From contig CAVNZM010000004.1 of NCBI GenBank assembly GCA_963693365.1, forward strand, positions 7,167,093 through 7,231,092: a stretch of 64,000 bases of DNA. The letters run 5' to 3'. A program made the position numbers and the translations under genes. This document shows, in pieces, positions 26,132-38,553 of the stretch; position 1 is the first letter of the stretch; every line of letters begins with the position of its first letter. The notes beneath the pieces were generated by a model. It saw only the letters and a program-made list of their open reading frames with translations. It did no database searches and was not told where the DNA came from. Source of the stretch: Amoebidium appalachense. Its lineage: Eukaryota; Protista; Ichthyosporea.

Positions 26132-28328
26132 CAAGCGCTGTGCATTTGGTGATCTTGTGTGTGTGCATGTCATAGGCGTGCTTGTAAAAAGGTTGTGCAT
26201 GCGATGGATTTAACGGCGATAACCCGATCGCTATGACTAGTTGTCAATGCCAATGGCACGAAAACAATCAGCATACTGCACACACTGGAAAAAGCCCCCC
26301 CCCCCCCCCCCCAAAACACACACACACACACACACCACCATCAAACTTCCCCCAGGTGAGGACTGACGGCAAAGAAGCAAACAACACCCCATCAGCGCCA
26401 ACATGCCCTCAAGCCTTGGTGATGGTGTGTGTGTGTGTAAACACTCTTTCTTCCTTCCTTTCTCTTTGCAAGCACACAGTCATGTGTGCGTGTGTCTACG
26501 TGTTGAGGGGCGCAAAAGGGTGTGTGTGTGTGTGTGTACGCGCGCGCGCATGTGTGTGTAGGCGTGTGTGAAGGGCGGGAGGGGGAGGGAGGAGGGGGCT
26601 GGGGAGAGAGAGAAAAAAAGAGTGAGACTTACCTGGACACCGTGCTTGCGGAAGATGACGATGCGCAGGACGCGGCCAAAGGGGGCACAGATGGTGTGCA
26701 GCACCTCGGTTGTGATGGGGTAGAGGGGGTTGAGCACCGTCATAAGAAGGATGTTGGTGGGCTTCTGGTCCAATGTGTTGGCCCCTTGCGGCCCTACTGC
26801 AAGGGCAATACATGTCAGGACAAAAAATTGATGTCGTTTCATGATTCCGTAACTTTATGATTCCATTGCCAAGTGCCAAACGATGTAGTGGCAAAAGAGG
26901 TAATTGATAGTGGATAAGGATCAGAGAATAAACTGTATCAATACAAAGTTCATTTCAGAATGCGACAATTGTCTTACTGCAAACGGGCACTACAAGGGCA
27001 CGGATTCATTGTTAACGGTCGAACGGACTGCAAACGTGAAACCATCAGCTCCAGCTTTCCATTCCAACACTCAGATATGCTCGATACGCATGAAACATGG
27101 ACAAAGAAAAAACAATAGCCCCACAGATGCAGGCACAAGACATATTCGCGGAAAAAAAGGGAAAGCAGGAGAAACATACCGCTGTCGCGTGCAATCTCCT
27201 GGCTCTTTGAAAAGTTTGCAAACACGCGCTGGCCACCGACAAAGATCGGGGTGGCGAGGGAAGCCCGGACCAAGTTTGTGGCCGTCATGACGTCCTTCAT
27301 CTCCACAAGCGCCTGCTTGTTGTTCTTCATCATCACAACATAGCTGCAAAAAAAACGAATCTTTATTAGTACAAAGCTCTAAAGTGTGTTACATGTTAGT
27401 GTTCACAATAACCTGCGCTGGCCATGGATATACTAAGTGGATAAACAGGTAATAATTAGTATTAAGACTTCGAACACGTCCACAAGGTATATGTGACGTT
27501 ACTAGTATTCGCGATAAGCTGCACTACATTCTTATGGTCGCCATACCCTATCATAGCACCATGAGATATTCCGATGCGATGGAAAAAACTGGACACGTGG
27601 AAGCATTCTACACCATGGTCATGTGATTGAGGCAGTATCTCGTTCTGGTTGACAAAGAAAACAAGACCATCCCTCTCCTGCCTCCAACCCCCCCCCCCCC
27701 TTCTCCCTCCGCCCCCGTTCTTTTCTCCCACAACACCCACAAGAATTTCAAGCGCCTGCTTGTACATACTGATATGCATTGCGTGCTTTTAGTCTTCGGC
27801 TAAGTAACACGCATAGGAATCTGTGTCACGGCGCCCACAAGTGCCTGTTGTGGTTGTGCATCTGTGTGCACGTGCGCTTGGAAACTCTGTGTGCAAGTCT
27901 GTGTTTTTATGTCTGCTGTGCAAGCACCACCCTTGCCACCAAACATCAGATGTGCACTGCTCGTGTGTTGCGTGCAAGTCTCCACCGCAAGCAAATGCGC
28001 AGAAAACCCGTATCATACACTTGCCAAGGCCCCAAAAAACAAGATACATGAATGTGAGATTCAGAGATCATAAGTATACTATATGTGAGATTTAGAGATT
28101 TTAAGCATAACAAAATATTACCTGACGGGACCAAAGACGGACAGTGCAGTGATGAGGTCGCTGCTCTGGGCGCCATCAGGAAGGCCACGCACGTGCAGAA
28201 CCTTGGAAGGGGGGGCATTGTGCGGGTCGACACCATCTATAAGAGGAGGGCAAAGATGAGCCAAGAAAAAGCCCATGCGTATGCTCCATGGCTGCATGAA
28301 AGGATTGCTACATGTGTGTTTGTGTTTG

Positions 28329-28361
<33 letters not shown>

Positions 28362-28548
28362 GGAGAAGGAGGGGGGTTGCTGGCAGTGCCCACAATTTCC
28401 AGTGTTCTTCCCTCGTTATAAAGGTGGGTTGACTCTTCCAAATAGCACAGAAGTAGGGCTAGCTAATGAAAGCATGATGGGCGGAAAATAATGTGACTAT
28501 CAGAGAGCAGGTGTCGGAACGCACACGTTTTTAGGACTAGCACAAAGC

Positions 28549-28608
<60 letters not shown>

Positions 28609-29152
28609 CTTTGATATTTATGAAGCCACAATAAATCGCTCCCTCATATTCCCTGTTAATCGTATCACTAATATTTTGGGTAGTGAAAAAAGAAGGACTT
28701 GAAAAGGAACCGTTCTTTCTCCGCCGTGTCCTTAGAACCGTTGCAGTTGTTCTGGATTAACTCGCTTTTACAGCCTGCAGCACCATGCTATTACTTTATA
28801 AAAGAAGAACCGATTGCCGTGGGAAAAAAGGAAGAAGAAGGGTTTTCTTCTAAATTACCATTAAGCTGGTGTGTTTCGAATCTCTTCATGTTGAGAAATT
28901 CTTCCGTGCCCGCCATGTGAAACCTAACAGAGAGCACCAAACCCTTCGCCCTCGCCCTGTATAAGATAAAAAACAAAACACCCAAGGTTTTATAACGCTT
29001 GACCGAAGCACCGAACACTAAGGATTCCAAAAAGTACATGTATAAAAATGTTTTTTTTTTTTTTTGGAGGGGATGTTACCGTCAGCCCTCTGGCGCTTAG
29101 CGTCCACACCAGCAACCCCTTCCATTTCACTCGCGAGGCGAACCGACGCCAT
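23072..29152 (-). CDS. HNRNPL: Heterogeneous nuclear ribonucleoprotein L (4 RRM), 9 exons
   Basis: Exons 29152-29080, 28236-28122, 27343-27180, 26796-26633, 25951-25713, 25252-25000, 24472-24311, 23851-23632, 23241-23072 join in frame with GT-AG ends. hnRNP L-type motifs: FGPVSYVVMM...QALVE, LNPLYPITTEVLHTIC..FG.V.RIVIFRK.GVQ.MVEF, DVYAGCCTLKIEY, PVLMVYGL...KMNCDRLFNLFCMYGNV, HFYNAP. A (GGPMGGM)n linker precedes RRM3. Confidence 0.95.
24476..24640. repeat. Intronic minisatellite, ~28-32 bp unit with core CCAGTGCACAG
   Basis: Six degenerate copies abut the acceptor of hnRNP L exon 7. Confidence 0.75.
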
Positions 29153-30939
29153 GGAACCTTCAAGCACGAGATAGCACGAGCTACCGTCCGGTCGCGTAGC
29201 TGCGAGGGACACAGACCTTTTCAGTAAATGAAAAGGGTAAAGGGGAAAACGAGAAAAAAAACGTTTTACGTTTGGTGGTTTGTGAGGCCATGGAGGCTTT
29301 CTTGCTTCCCACGTGACCATGCGCACAGATCTGTAACGCAAAAAAAATAGAAGATGCCGGATCGTGCGAATTCATGCACATTACAAAATAATATACGAGA
29401 TCTTGATGCAATTTGAGATTTGAACCAGAAAATTCAGGTCTAAAAATCATGTTACATCATGCAAAAGCGTTGGATAAAAGGTGGGTCGACGGTTTGATTG
29501 GTTGCTCAGTGACTGATATATACTGCATATGTTTTTAGGGATATATTTGCCGCTACCGTTATAAAGCCTTTATTAGTTTGAGAAAGGTTGGCGGAGGTTG
29601 GCGGAGGAAAAAAGTGATGCGTAATAGGTGTAAGACATAGGCAAAAGGAGAAATTGCTCAGCCCAGGCGCCGGCGCACATGACCAAACACGGTAGAGGCA
29701 GCACAAAGTCGGTTTAGACACCGGAGTTTTTTTTGTTGCAGCCTGAAAAAGCAGATGGATGGGCAGAGAGTGTGAAGAAGACAAGGCCTCAGCTTCCAGC
29801 CTCGTGGTGGTTTGCTTGGCGGAAAGCACATGATAAGGGGGAAGCAGTTGTACATGTGGCACGTTGTGACACCTCTTAGCAGGGTTGATAATGTAGAAGT
29901 TCTGCTTAATATATAGGGGGGCTTGTACGGAACAAGAAGGTGGAGAGGGCTCACTGAGGGGAGGCGAAGGGGTAAGGTGTGTGTGCGTGTGTCTGTGTGA
30001 GTGGGTGGGTGGGTGGGTGGGTCGGGGGGAGAGGGCGTAGGAGGAGGGGAGGGATAGGTGGTGGGTGGGAAGGACCGGGGGGAAGGGGGGGGGCGGGCGG
30101 GGGGGGGGATGACTTTCGGTCTTTATGACTGCTAGGAAGACTCTCGCTGGGGAAGGGAGAGGGGGGGGGGGGGGGGGAAGGGGGGGGGAGAGGGGATAAG
30201 GTATGGGGGCGGGGGGAGGGGAGGGGAGGGGAGGAGGAGGGAGGAGGGGGGAGGAAGGTTCGCATGTAAGTATAACATACGTAATAGATAAAAAGCGAAC
30301 AAAGCACACTTTGAAAGGTTTTGCATGCAAGTCATGAGAGGGGTTAAAGTGTGATTATGTTTCTGCGTTGTTACCACTTGAAACATATAAGTGATGATTC
30401 CTTCGACTTGGGCTTGTGTTCAACGACAGTTAAGTTCAAGCCTTTTGTATGTAACCAAGTAGCTTTGCTATGGCCCCCCCTCTCTCTTCCCCCTTCTCTT
30501 CCTGAGCCTTTTTCTCTCTCTAGCAGTATTTCTTGCTCTTGAGTACATACTCCTTATTATATGTGTGTCTTTGTACAGCTATGAGGGACTGTTATGCTAA
30601 CCCATGTTGGTCTGTTGCAAGCTAGCCGTTCGGCACATGCCTGCCTCCCGAGCCCCGGCCTCCCTCCGGTCTCCTCCACCCCTGCCTCTGCTCCCCGTCT
30701 CTTGCGTTGTCTTGCTTTAGCCTGTCTGTCCATTTCTGCAGTACACAAGAGGCATTCCCCCAGCACCCTTTAGGTGACTTCAATCCCCGACATCACACGT
30801 GCACAGTACGTACATGGTTATGTAATCTGTTGACCGCCACTACCAACACCAAAGATGCCATTAAGTGACCCGTTGCTTTGTGTAACCACATACAGCCTGA
30901 TGTTGCTTGATCCCACCGGGACACCTGCACGATTATCTA

Positions 30940-30981
30940 TTTAGAGCTGGATCAAAGGCCGGTTGGAGCTCAGGCTTTACA

Positions 30982-31028
<47 letters not shown>

Positions 31029-31270
31029 ACACAACACACACAGAGACACAGTGATATGTACCCACTATCCTCGTGGATGTCCAAAGGAATCTGGAGAATT
31101 CGGATCTGGAGTCGTTTATATTGGTGTTGCTCAACAATCCCCCCACACTTCGAGACGGTGGAGCGCACGATACCCAGGGCGTTATTCCCAACACTGAAGC
31201 AAGATGTACAACTACATACATGCTGCAGCCCTTCATGGGGGCTGTGGCAGGCCAGATTGATTCACGGTGC
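30940..31270 (+). pseudogene. Possible highly decayed pogo/Fot1-type (DDE_1) transposase remnant
   Basis: Broken-frame peptides SSWMSKGIW, FILVLLNNPP and PNT...TTYMLQPF occur in the order of the DDE_1 motifs (KAWMT..IF / LLLLDN..SH / PPNTT..LQPLD). Similarity is by eye only. Confidence 0.3.
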
Positions 31271-31619
31271 CCGTGTTCATGATAAAGACGCGCTGAGATC
31301 AAAGTGGGTGTTTTAGATTTGCACGAAAGAGATCGGACGTGAACCATGGAAAGGAAGGTGCCTTGGCAGACCCGCCGGCCCACCTGTATGAGCTATCCAG
31401 CCATAAGTCGTGTGTTGAGTGAATTTGCACGAAGGAAACTGCGACACTTGTATTGACAACATGGCAGAATGTATGAAGTGAAGTACGTGTTAGAGGTAAT
31501 CCTGTCTCTAAAAAAAAGTGTGTGCACTGGTATACGTGAATTTTTGGTGTGTGCCTGCTCATGTGTGTACGCTCGTGAGTGTCTAGAGTAGGAGGCCTTG
31601 GTGTGTGCCTTTACGTGCG

Positions 31620-31652
<33 letters not shown>

Positions 31653-31966
31653 AACTCAACCGGCACTTTTGAAAGTTGTGCACAGGCTTTGATATTCACG
31701 GTCTTACTCTATTGTCGTGGCCAGCCAGTGGCCACTCATATGTTCATACAGTCTCGGAGGCATACTGCCACACGTGCCTACATCGGCAGAGAATTACTTG
31801 CGACACGACCAGCGCGTCGCTCTTGCATTCACAAAAATACAACCTTCGTTTCTTCACCTACGGAAAATATAGCCATTCGTACAAATAATTAGTATTAGAT
31901 ACTTGCAAAAGCTTTTCCTTTCGTTCTGCAGTTGCGAAATTACTTACGAAAACACTACGTGGGGTT

Positions 31967-33001
31967 TCAGCAGTAGTTGGAGCGCAGGCGAGGGGCAACC
32001 CTTTCATCGTCAGAAGACGAAGAAGAGAGAGAAGCAATCTCGCAGGCATAACCGCTATCGCACCTTTGGCGCTTTAGACTCGGGGATTCGACCTCAAAAA
32101 CGGGTGACGTGGGGACAACGGGCGCGGACGGCCAGTAGTCGTTCACAAACTGAAGCGCCTCAGCAGCAGTGCACCTGCGAGTAGGGTCGACAGCGAGCAT
32201 GTTCAAAAGAAGGAACTTTGCGGCGGGGGAAAAGTTGCCCCAGGGCTCGAAGGAAAGGTCCCCACGGAGGTACTGGCGGAAAGTGGGGCTCCCCTGGTCT
32301 GCGCGCTGCCACGGGAAGTCATAGCGTGACTTTGTGGAGAGGAGTGTCCACAGAAGGATACCAGCGGCCCATACGTCGGCCTTCTTCAAGCACGAATCCA
32401 GACGACCGGCAAGGAGTTCTGGGCATACATACTCCTCAGTGCCCGGAACCGTCTTGGAAACCTCGTTCAACTCGCACGCAAAACCGAAATCAATAAGTTT
32501 GACCTGCGTGGAATTCTTGTGCGAAATCATAACGTTCTCGAGTTTGACGTCCCTGTGTGCCATGTTTCGCTCGTCGTGGAGGTAGACGAGGGCAGAAAGC
32601 ACACTCTTCATCCACTCCATAACAGTCGCCTCGGAAACGTCCCTGTTTGTGGTTATAGCGTCAAAGAGGTCGCCACCCTCCATAAGCTCCTGAATAAGAA
32701 GGAAGTGTGTGGCTGTTTCGATGAACTTGTAGGCACGTGCAATGTTCTCGTGACGAAGGCCCCTCTGCATTCTCACCTCACGGCGGACAATGCGTTCTGT
32801 TGCCTCTGTGCGCTTAACCATCTTAACGGCAACTCGGAGACCGGAAGACCTGTCACGCGCTTCGTATACGGTAGCGGTGGAACCAGTGTTGAGTGTGCGT
32901 ACAAACTCCATAGCCATAGAAACGGTGCGTTGTGGTGCCTGTGTGGCGTCGTATAGGGAGGGGACAAACCCCTGTGTGCTGGCAACTGCTACCTGCGCCA
33001 T
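31967..33001 (-). CDS. Intronless Ser/Thr protein kinase (CAMK-group-like)
   Basis: 344-aa ORF with TGSTATV, VAVK, HENI, HRDVKLEN, DFG, GTEEYVCPE, DVWAAG and FPW motifs and a Ser-rich tail. Confidence 0.95.
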   Translation of the reverse strand: MAQVAVASTQGFVPSLYDATQAPQRTVSMAMEFVRTLNTGSTATVYEARDRSSGLRVAVKMVKRTEATERIVRREVRMQRGLRHENIARAYKFIETATHFLLIQELMEGGDLFDAITTNRDVSEATVMEWMKSVLSALVYLHDERNMAHRDVKLENVMISHKNSTQVKLIDFGFACELNEVSKTVPGTEEYVCPELLAGRLDSCLKKADVWAAGILLWTLLSTKSRYDFPWQRADQGSPTFRQYLRGDLSFEPWGNFSPAAKFLLLNMLAVDPTRRCTAAEALQFVNDYWPSAPVVPTSPVFEVESPSLKRQRCDSGYACEIASLSSSSSDDERVAPRLRSNYC

Positions 33002-33671
33002 TTTTAAACTAACGTAGCGGGAATTAATAAATACAGTAGTGAAGCTATACTATGAAGTCTGCTTACAGGTGTGTGTGTATGGCGAGTCTCTCTTAGTCTC
33101 TCGTTTTCAAAACTGTAGAACGATTGTCGCTTTTCTTTTCACACACTCCGAATGTAAGAGACCAAAGGAGTGAGGGGGAATGCACGTTTGGGGCGCCTTT
33201 CATACCTGTTGTTGTGATGGCGCTCACGGTCCCCCTACACTTGCGTGGTGCACACTTCCAACATTTGAGAGGTAGGACCCACAACAACCGCCGAATTCTA
33301 GACTAATATAGAAATTTGTTGGTTGGTGGGCTTGGATTTGGTCATCGGGGATTGGCATGTTTTTATAATTGCCAGGATAAAAAATATACTTTTTTCAAAA
33401 TAGATATACACTATATAAGGCTTTATAGGTGTCAAAAACAAGAAATGAGTGCATATATGTAGTTTCAAACATTTTGTTGACCTGGTGTATAAGACTGGTC
33501 ATCGGGTCCTCATCTAGAATGTGAAAATGCCGTAATATTAGCGCCAGTATCTTATTAGCAAAGTTTTGGAGCACCCTACTCTGGGGGTGTGATGCGAGGG
33601 CCGAGGCGGTCTGCGTTGATATTTGCACGCGAAGGGCCTCATCGGCAAATGCATTCCGATGTTGAGCTAAA

Positions 33672-33748
33672 TGATTGGCTTATTTGAATGAAAACAATTT
33701 GATTGGCTTAGAACGAAGTCAGATCCAAATGGTCGATGCGATTGGCTG
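33672..33748 (-). promoter_or_regulatory. Cluster of three AGCCAATC (CCAAT-box) motifs upstream of the kinase
   Basis: GATTGGCT at about 33673, 33701 and 33740. Similar CCAATCA clusters lie at about 3150-3200, 10700-10745 and 47980-48025, upstream of other genes. Confidence 0.4.
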
Positions 33749-34919
33749 GGGTCCACAAAACACCAAAACAACGGATGCGTCCCCTCAGTTCGGTGCTCGC
33801 GCTTTTGGGGTCAAAACAAACGGGCTTGGCCTACAAATAACATAAGTCCTCCTATAAGCCAGAGTAATAAGGCTTATAAAAAAGTTTTGTTGAATAAGGA
33901 AGAATTATTTGAAAAGTTGAAATCTTAAATATGCTAAGCTTATCTCCTTTGGATCCGGGCGTTAGCGCTAATGACTCAACACGGTGAAATGAGCCTGCGC
34001 GACCAATCGCAGCCCAGGCACCGTTCTCACAACAAACAAACAAATGTGCATATGCCCCGTGTTGTCTATAGCCAGAAAGACCATAAAGTTCTCTTGTGGC
34101 ACCAAATCTAGGGAAAAGAATATCGATGGAGCCTCTTTGTGAAAAAGTGGCCAGTGAGTTTACACGCCAGCACCACTACATCTTACGTGTGTTTTCCAAA
34201 GGATGTGCACATATGATATGCCGCGGCATCGATGCATAAGATACCACGGAGGTTTGTGTGCATTAAAATTAAGTTTTTGTACTTAAACAATATACAAAGT
34301 ATATGCCTCAATATGTGGTACGAACATCACCAAACATTTAACGCACCTATTTCAATACCTGGCGCCTGCAGTCCTGTTTCATTGCTCTCTCCCCCAGGTC
34401 CAGGTGGCCTAAATTGGCTTGAAGAAAAAAGTTATGGAGCATTACCATTCGTCCCATATCACGCTGCGACAAAATGCGGCCTGGTGCGATCGTTGCATGG
34501 GTATGGGCTGTGCCAATGCATCGAGCACTCCGATTGGCTAAATTTCCCAGTTAAATCTGACCATGAATTATGATATGTGTTAGTCACCGATGAGGTATGA
34601 CAAATCGGAAAACGCCGGCCGGATCTACATATCTTACAGTCAATACCATAGTATTACGTAAAGGAGATACGCAAAAAAGCTATGGCGCCCCTAGAGTATG
34701 CTACTGGCTACTGTAGGTATTCCAGGTAAATCAAACGAATAATGTTAGAACCCCTGAGTTTTGGTAGACAGGAAGGCACCAAAAACCTCGTAGGACTGCC
34801 TTCTCCCAGGGCGCCATCAGATGACCCATTATTGACCTCTTTGTTTATTGGGCAACATACAATCCACTAAAAGCTGAGACCCAATCAGGTGCCTTTACTA
34901 TCTAATCTGTATGAAATTC

Positions 34920-35065
34920 AGCAGTATGGTATGCGCGTGGCCTGCACCCTGGCCCACCGAGACTACTTGAATAGAGTGACAAGCCCCTACGAAATAACTT
35001 CATCCGCTATTAGAGGAAAGAAGCCCAAATAAAACACTATTCGGTATACATATGGCTTGTTTGTT
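34920..35065 (+). pseudogene. Possible decayed Ty1/copia integrase remnant
   Basis: Reads YLNRVTSPYE...RGKKPK*NTIRYTYG, resembling the copia motif YLLNR..TPYE..GKKP...LRVFGC; contains a stop codon. Confidence 0.25.
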
Positions 35066-36563
35066 TTTCCATGACGTAGTCTGCGATATCTACAAGGGAG
35101 CCATGGGTAATGTATTTGTCACTCAATTATGTTTCCTTCCTACACAAGAATGTGCGTCTAATAAACTAATGATTTTACCGCAATAGGAAACAGTTTTTGG
35201 AACTGGTCATTAGTTCATAGATTGAGATTACCAGATATGCATACGCGTACGATGCTGTTCCTGCGTAAGTAGAATTATATGCCAAAGCATATATGTGTAT
35301 ATAATCTGAGTTCTCAACCAAGAAGTCTTAACGATCATAAACGATACCAAGCCTTCAATGTGCCTTTTTTGTATGTCGAGGCTTTCAAGCTGGGTGGTTG
35401 CCGTGGTGCTTTTGTTCAATTAACCAATAGGGGGTTTCAGATTTTTCAATGCCATTGTTTATCAGGGTGCAATTCACAGCAACCAATCACAGCAGACTGG
35501 CCATTTACTATCGCTCATGTAGTGCTGTCTGGGTAACGCAGTAATGCCAATCAGAAAGTTACTTTATATAATAAATACGAAATAAAACCACGTTACTTTA
35601 CTATCTTGTGGCTGGAATTGAGACAGTGATTTTCGTAGATGAGGAAAAGAAATGTAATCAAAAGAGTATACCTTAGAACCTCTGTACATGCTTATATTTA
35701 AATAATTTTGTTTCGGTAGACTGTTTGTGCTCGAACCAAGCCTTCCGGTGGCACTTCCTATGTCATAGGAAGATAAAATCTTTAAAATGAGAAGTCATTT
35801 ATTTATTTGACAATGTGCAAGCGTTACAGCACATTGGCGCGTTCTTTTGCATATGGGCTACTTTTTTTGGTTGGTTCATTTAAATTATGGAATGCAAAAA
35901 AGCATTCATCCTCCCCAAGCAACCACCCATTGGCCTTCCCTGCACCACCTGTAACCAATCCTGAGGGACTCTCGCATTGGGAGGGAACTTGGAACTTTCG
36001 CAGGTATGTGAGGAATGCCCCACCAGTTTGCCCGGGGTCGAACTCGACACTCGACACTCGACACAGAAAGTCGATTCTTGGTTTTGTTTTACCGTTCACA
36101 TTATCATAGTATATACAGACGGCCCACATGCACACTAATATTCCTGTTTATGCCACGGCGTCACAGAAATAAACGTGCACAAAATCTTCACACGTGCACC
36201 AATGGCCATTTCACACACGCAAGTGCACACAGAAACACGTAGGTCTCCATGGCCACCATGCAACGTGAAACACACACACACACATGGGAAACGGCACACG
36301 TATATATTATTGCACACAAGCAACCAGCACGTGCGCACATACACCCATACCACACCCACATTTACACACACCGAGAGGTGCACTCTCGGTGGCACCTGCC
36401 TGGGCACAGCGCTAAATATCCGTGATACAGTGTGTTTTTATCTCTGCAGAGTTTTAGCTCACATGTCAGTGACTCACATGTGTGGCGCAGCGCCCTTTAA
36501 AGACGATCACGCTGGCTCTCACACACGGCACACAAAGTCACAAACTCAAACACACAGCTACGT

Positions 36564-36661
<98 letters not shown>

Positions 36662-37630
36662 ACACACACAAACACACACGTACACAAACACAAATGTACA
36701 AACGCGTGCCGCAGTCTCACACATTCGAAGAAGTGCCATGCTCGCACACACAACACGAAAATATCGACAACCAAATTGAACCAATATCCCCGCTATAGCA
36801 CCGCCCGGCTAGGGCCTGTCCAGGAAACACCCACACACCCACATCGATACCGTAGCACAGACGTACACCAGTATGAGGCACACAGACTGTTGAAACACTG
36901 TTTCACACGACATGCACCGTGCCAGACACACGCAGAACGTTAACATTGTGACACCTACTACGCAACCATATGCAGTGTGCACACACGCACTGACTTTCGA
37001 GTACACACGTCCCTCAACCTGCCTCCCTCCCCTCCTCTTCCTCCCCCCCCCCCCTTCCTCCCCCCCACACACACACAGTGCCACGTAAGTGCGCATGCGT
37101 GCACACACACGCACACACACGCACATACACATACACGTTGGTACACATATGCACACACTGCCAGATACTCACACGAGCACGATCACTCAAACACACTGTG
37201 ACACACACACGCATGCGCACGGGTGCACACACACACACGCGTGCCTCATGTTATATAAGGAAAGTTATATTTTTGTGCCACTGGCATGTGCTCACAGCCT
37301 GAAACAAACTGGCAGTACAAAAACCTGCAAATTGCCTGACCAAAGTATCACGGCACCAAAGGATTCTGCAGGGCTTACACCTGAAGGTCCACACAACACC
37401 TTAACTATGAAAAGTATACACGCGCATACAGGGGCAAGGGTTAACGTATCGATCAAATGTCATAGACCCAGGCTCTTGGGTGGTGTCCGTCTTTTATAAC
37501 CACGTGTCACAGGGAGCACCAGCCATGCAAATCGATCAACCATGTAAATACGATTTGAAAACCTATGTGTGTTCCGCGCAGAGAACCGGTTACGCAACAT
37601 GAGCGGAACCCCCCCCCCCCCCCCCCTTTT

Positions 37631-37776
37631 GGGCCCTCCCTGAGGATGGGCTCTGCTTATAACGCATACTGCGCACATGGCTGATGTTGCATACTTGAAT
37701 GTTTGCCTTTGCATGTATCCTGCACCATGCTTCTCATCGTGTATGCGTACTTCGTACCATGCTCCGCATTCAACAA
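37631..37776 (+). repeat. Diverged 3' part of the dispersed repeat family (copy D)
   Basis: CCCTGAGGATGGGCTCTGCTTAT...GCATACT...CATCGTGT...TCGTAC...CGCATTCAACAAC, flanked by poly-C on both sides. Confidence 0.7.
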
Positions 37777-37813
37777 CAAACCCCCCCCCCCCCCCCCCCC
37801 CCCCCCGCCTTTC

Positions 37814-37859
<46 letters not shown>

Positions 37860-37911
37860 CAACAAAACCCACCCACCTCCAAAAGAGTAAAAAGCAAGTT
37901 GAATTTTTTTG

Positions 37912-37992
37912 GAGCCGCTGTGGCCGAGCGGGTAAGCTCCTCGCCTCCGACGCAGGAGGCACCTGGTTCGAATCCCGGGATGTAGCTCACCA
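37912..37992 (+). mobile_element. tRNA-derived (SINE-head-like or tRNA pseudogene) sequence
   Basis: A box TGGCCGAGCGG and B box GGTTCGAATCC at tRNA spacing; ends in ACCA. Acceptor, D, anticodon and T stems are imperfect, so it is not called a functional tRNA. Confidence 0.65.
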
Positions 37993-38553
37993 CACCACAC
38001 ACACACAACTTCTTTGCAGTGTACTGCAGTTCCCGTAAAGTTTCTCGTCTGTGCTTAGGGGGTTAGCACACACGCCATACACCGGCAACACCAGCACGCT
38101 TAGCTATGAGGACGCCTGGGGCAGGGACTTTAGCGCTGGTCCACTAGATCCATTCTAGACCACACAGTAGATAGAGGGGTGTGGTGACGGCCTCCCCAGG
38201 CCTCACCCCCTCTTTGGTGTAACTACTGTTGGCTGAGCACCTTATAGCATAGCTGGTTTTACACGGCCTGCTCTTGTACACCTACACACACCGACACACA
38301 ACATAAGTATACGAAAATACAGTGAATACACTACAAAATACACCACCACCTAGCGCATTGGGGATCGGATGCCCTGATGGGACTCGCCTGGGTGCAGGAC
38401 TATGGCGATGGTCCTCTAAGCTAACTCCAACCTGGGTAGTCAAGGATCGGATGCCTTGGCTATTCCGGAAAGTTTTTTTCCACGCACCCTTCATATTCTT
38501 TACTCTCCACACCACCCTCCTGGCCGATTGATTCTTCATTTCCAGGCGAATAT

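Noticed and set aside
36030-36066. Reverse B-box-like GAGTTCGACCC with (ACTCGAC)3
   Set aside because: No A box or cloverleaf; too short to call.
37912-37992. Functional tRNA-Arg(CCG) or tRNA-Sec gene
   Set aside because: Mismatched T and anticodon stems, out-of-register acceptor stem, and no TCA anticodon or long variable arm.
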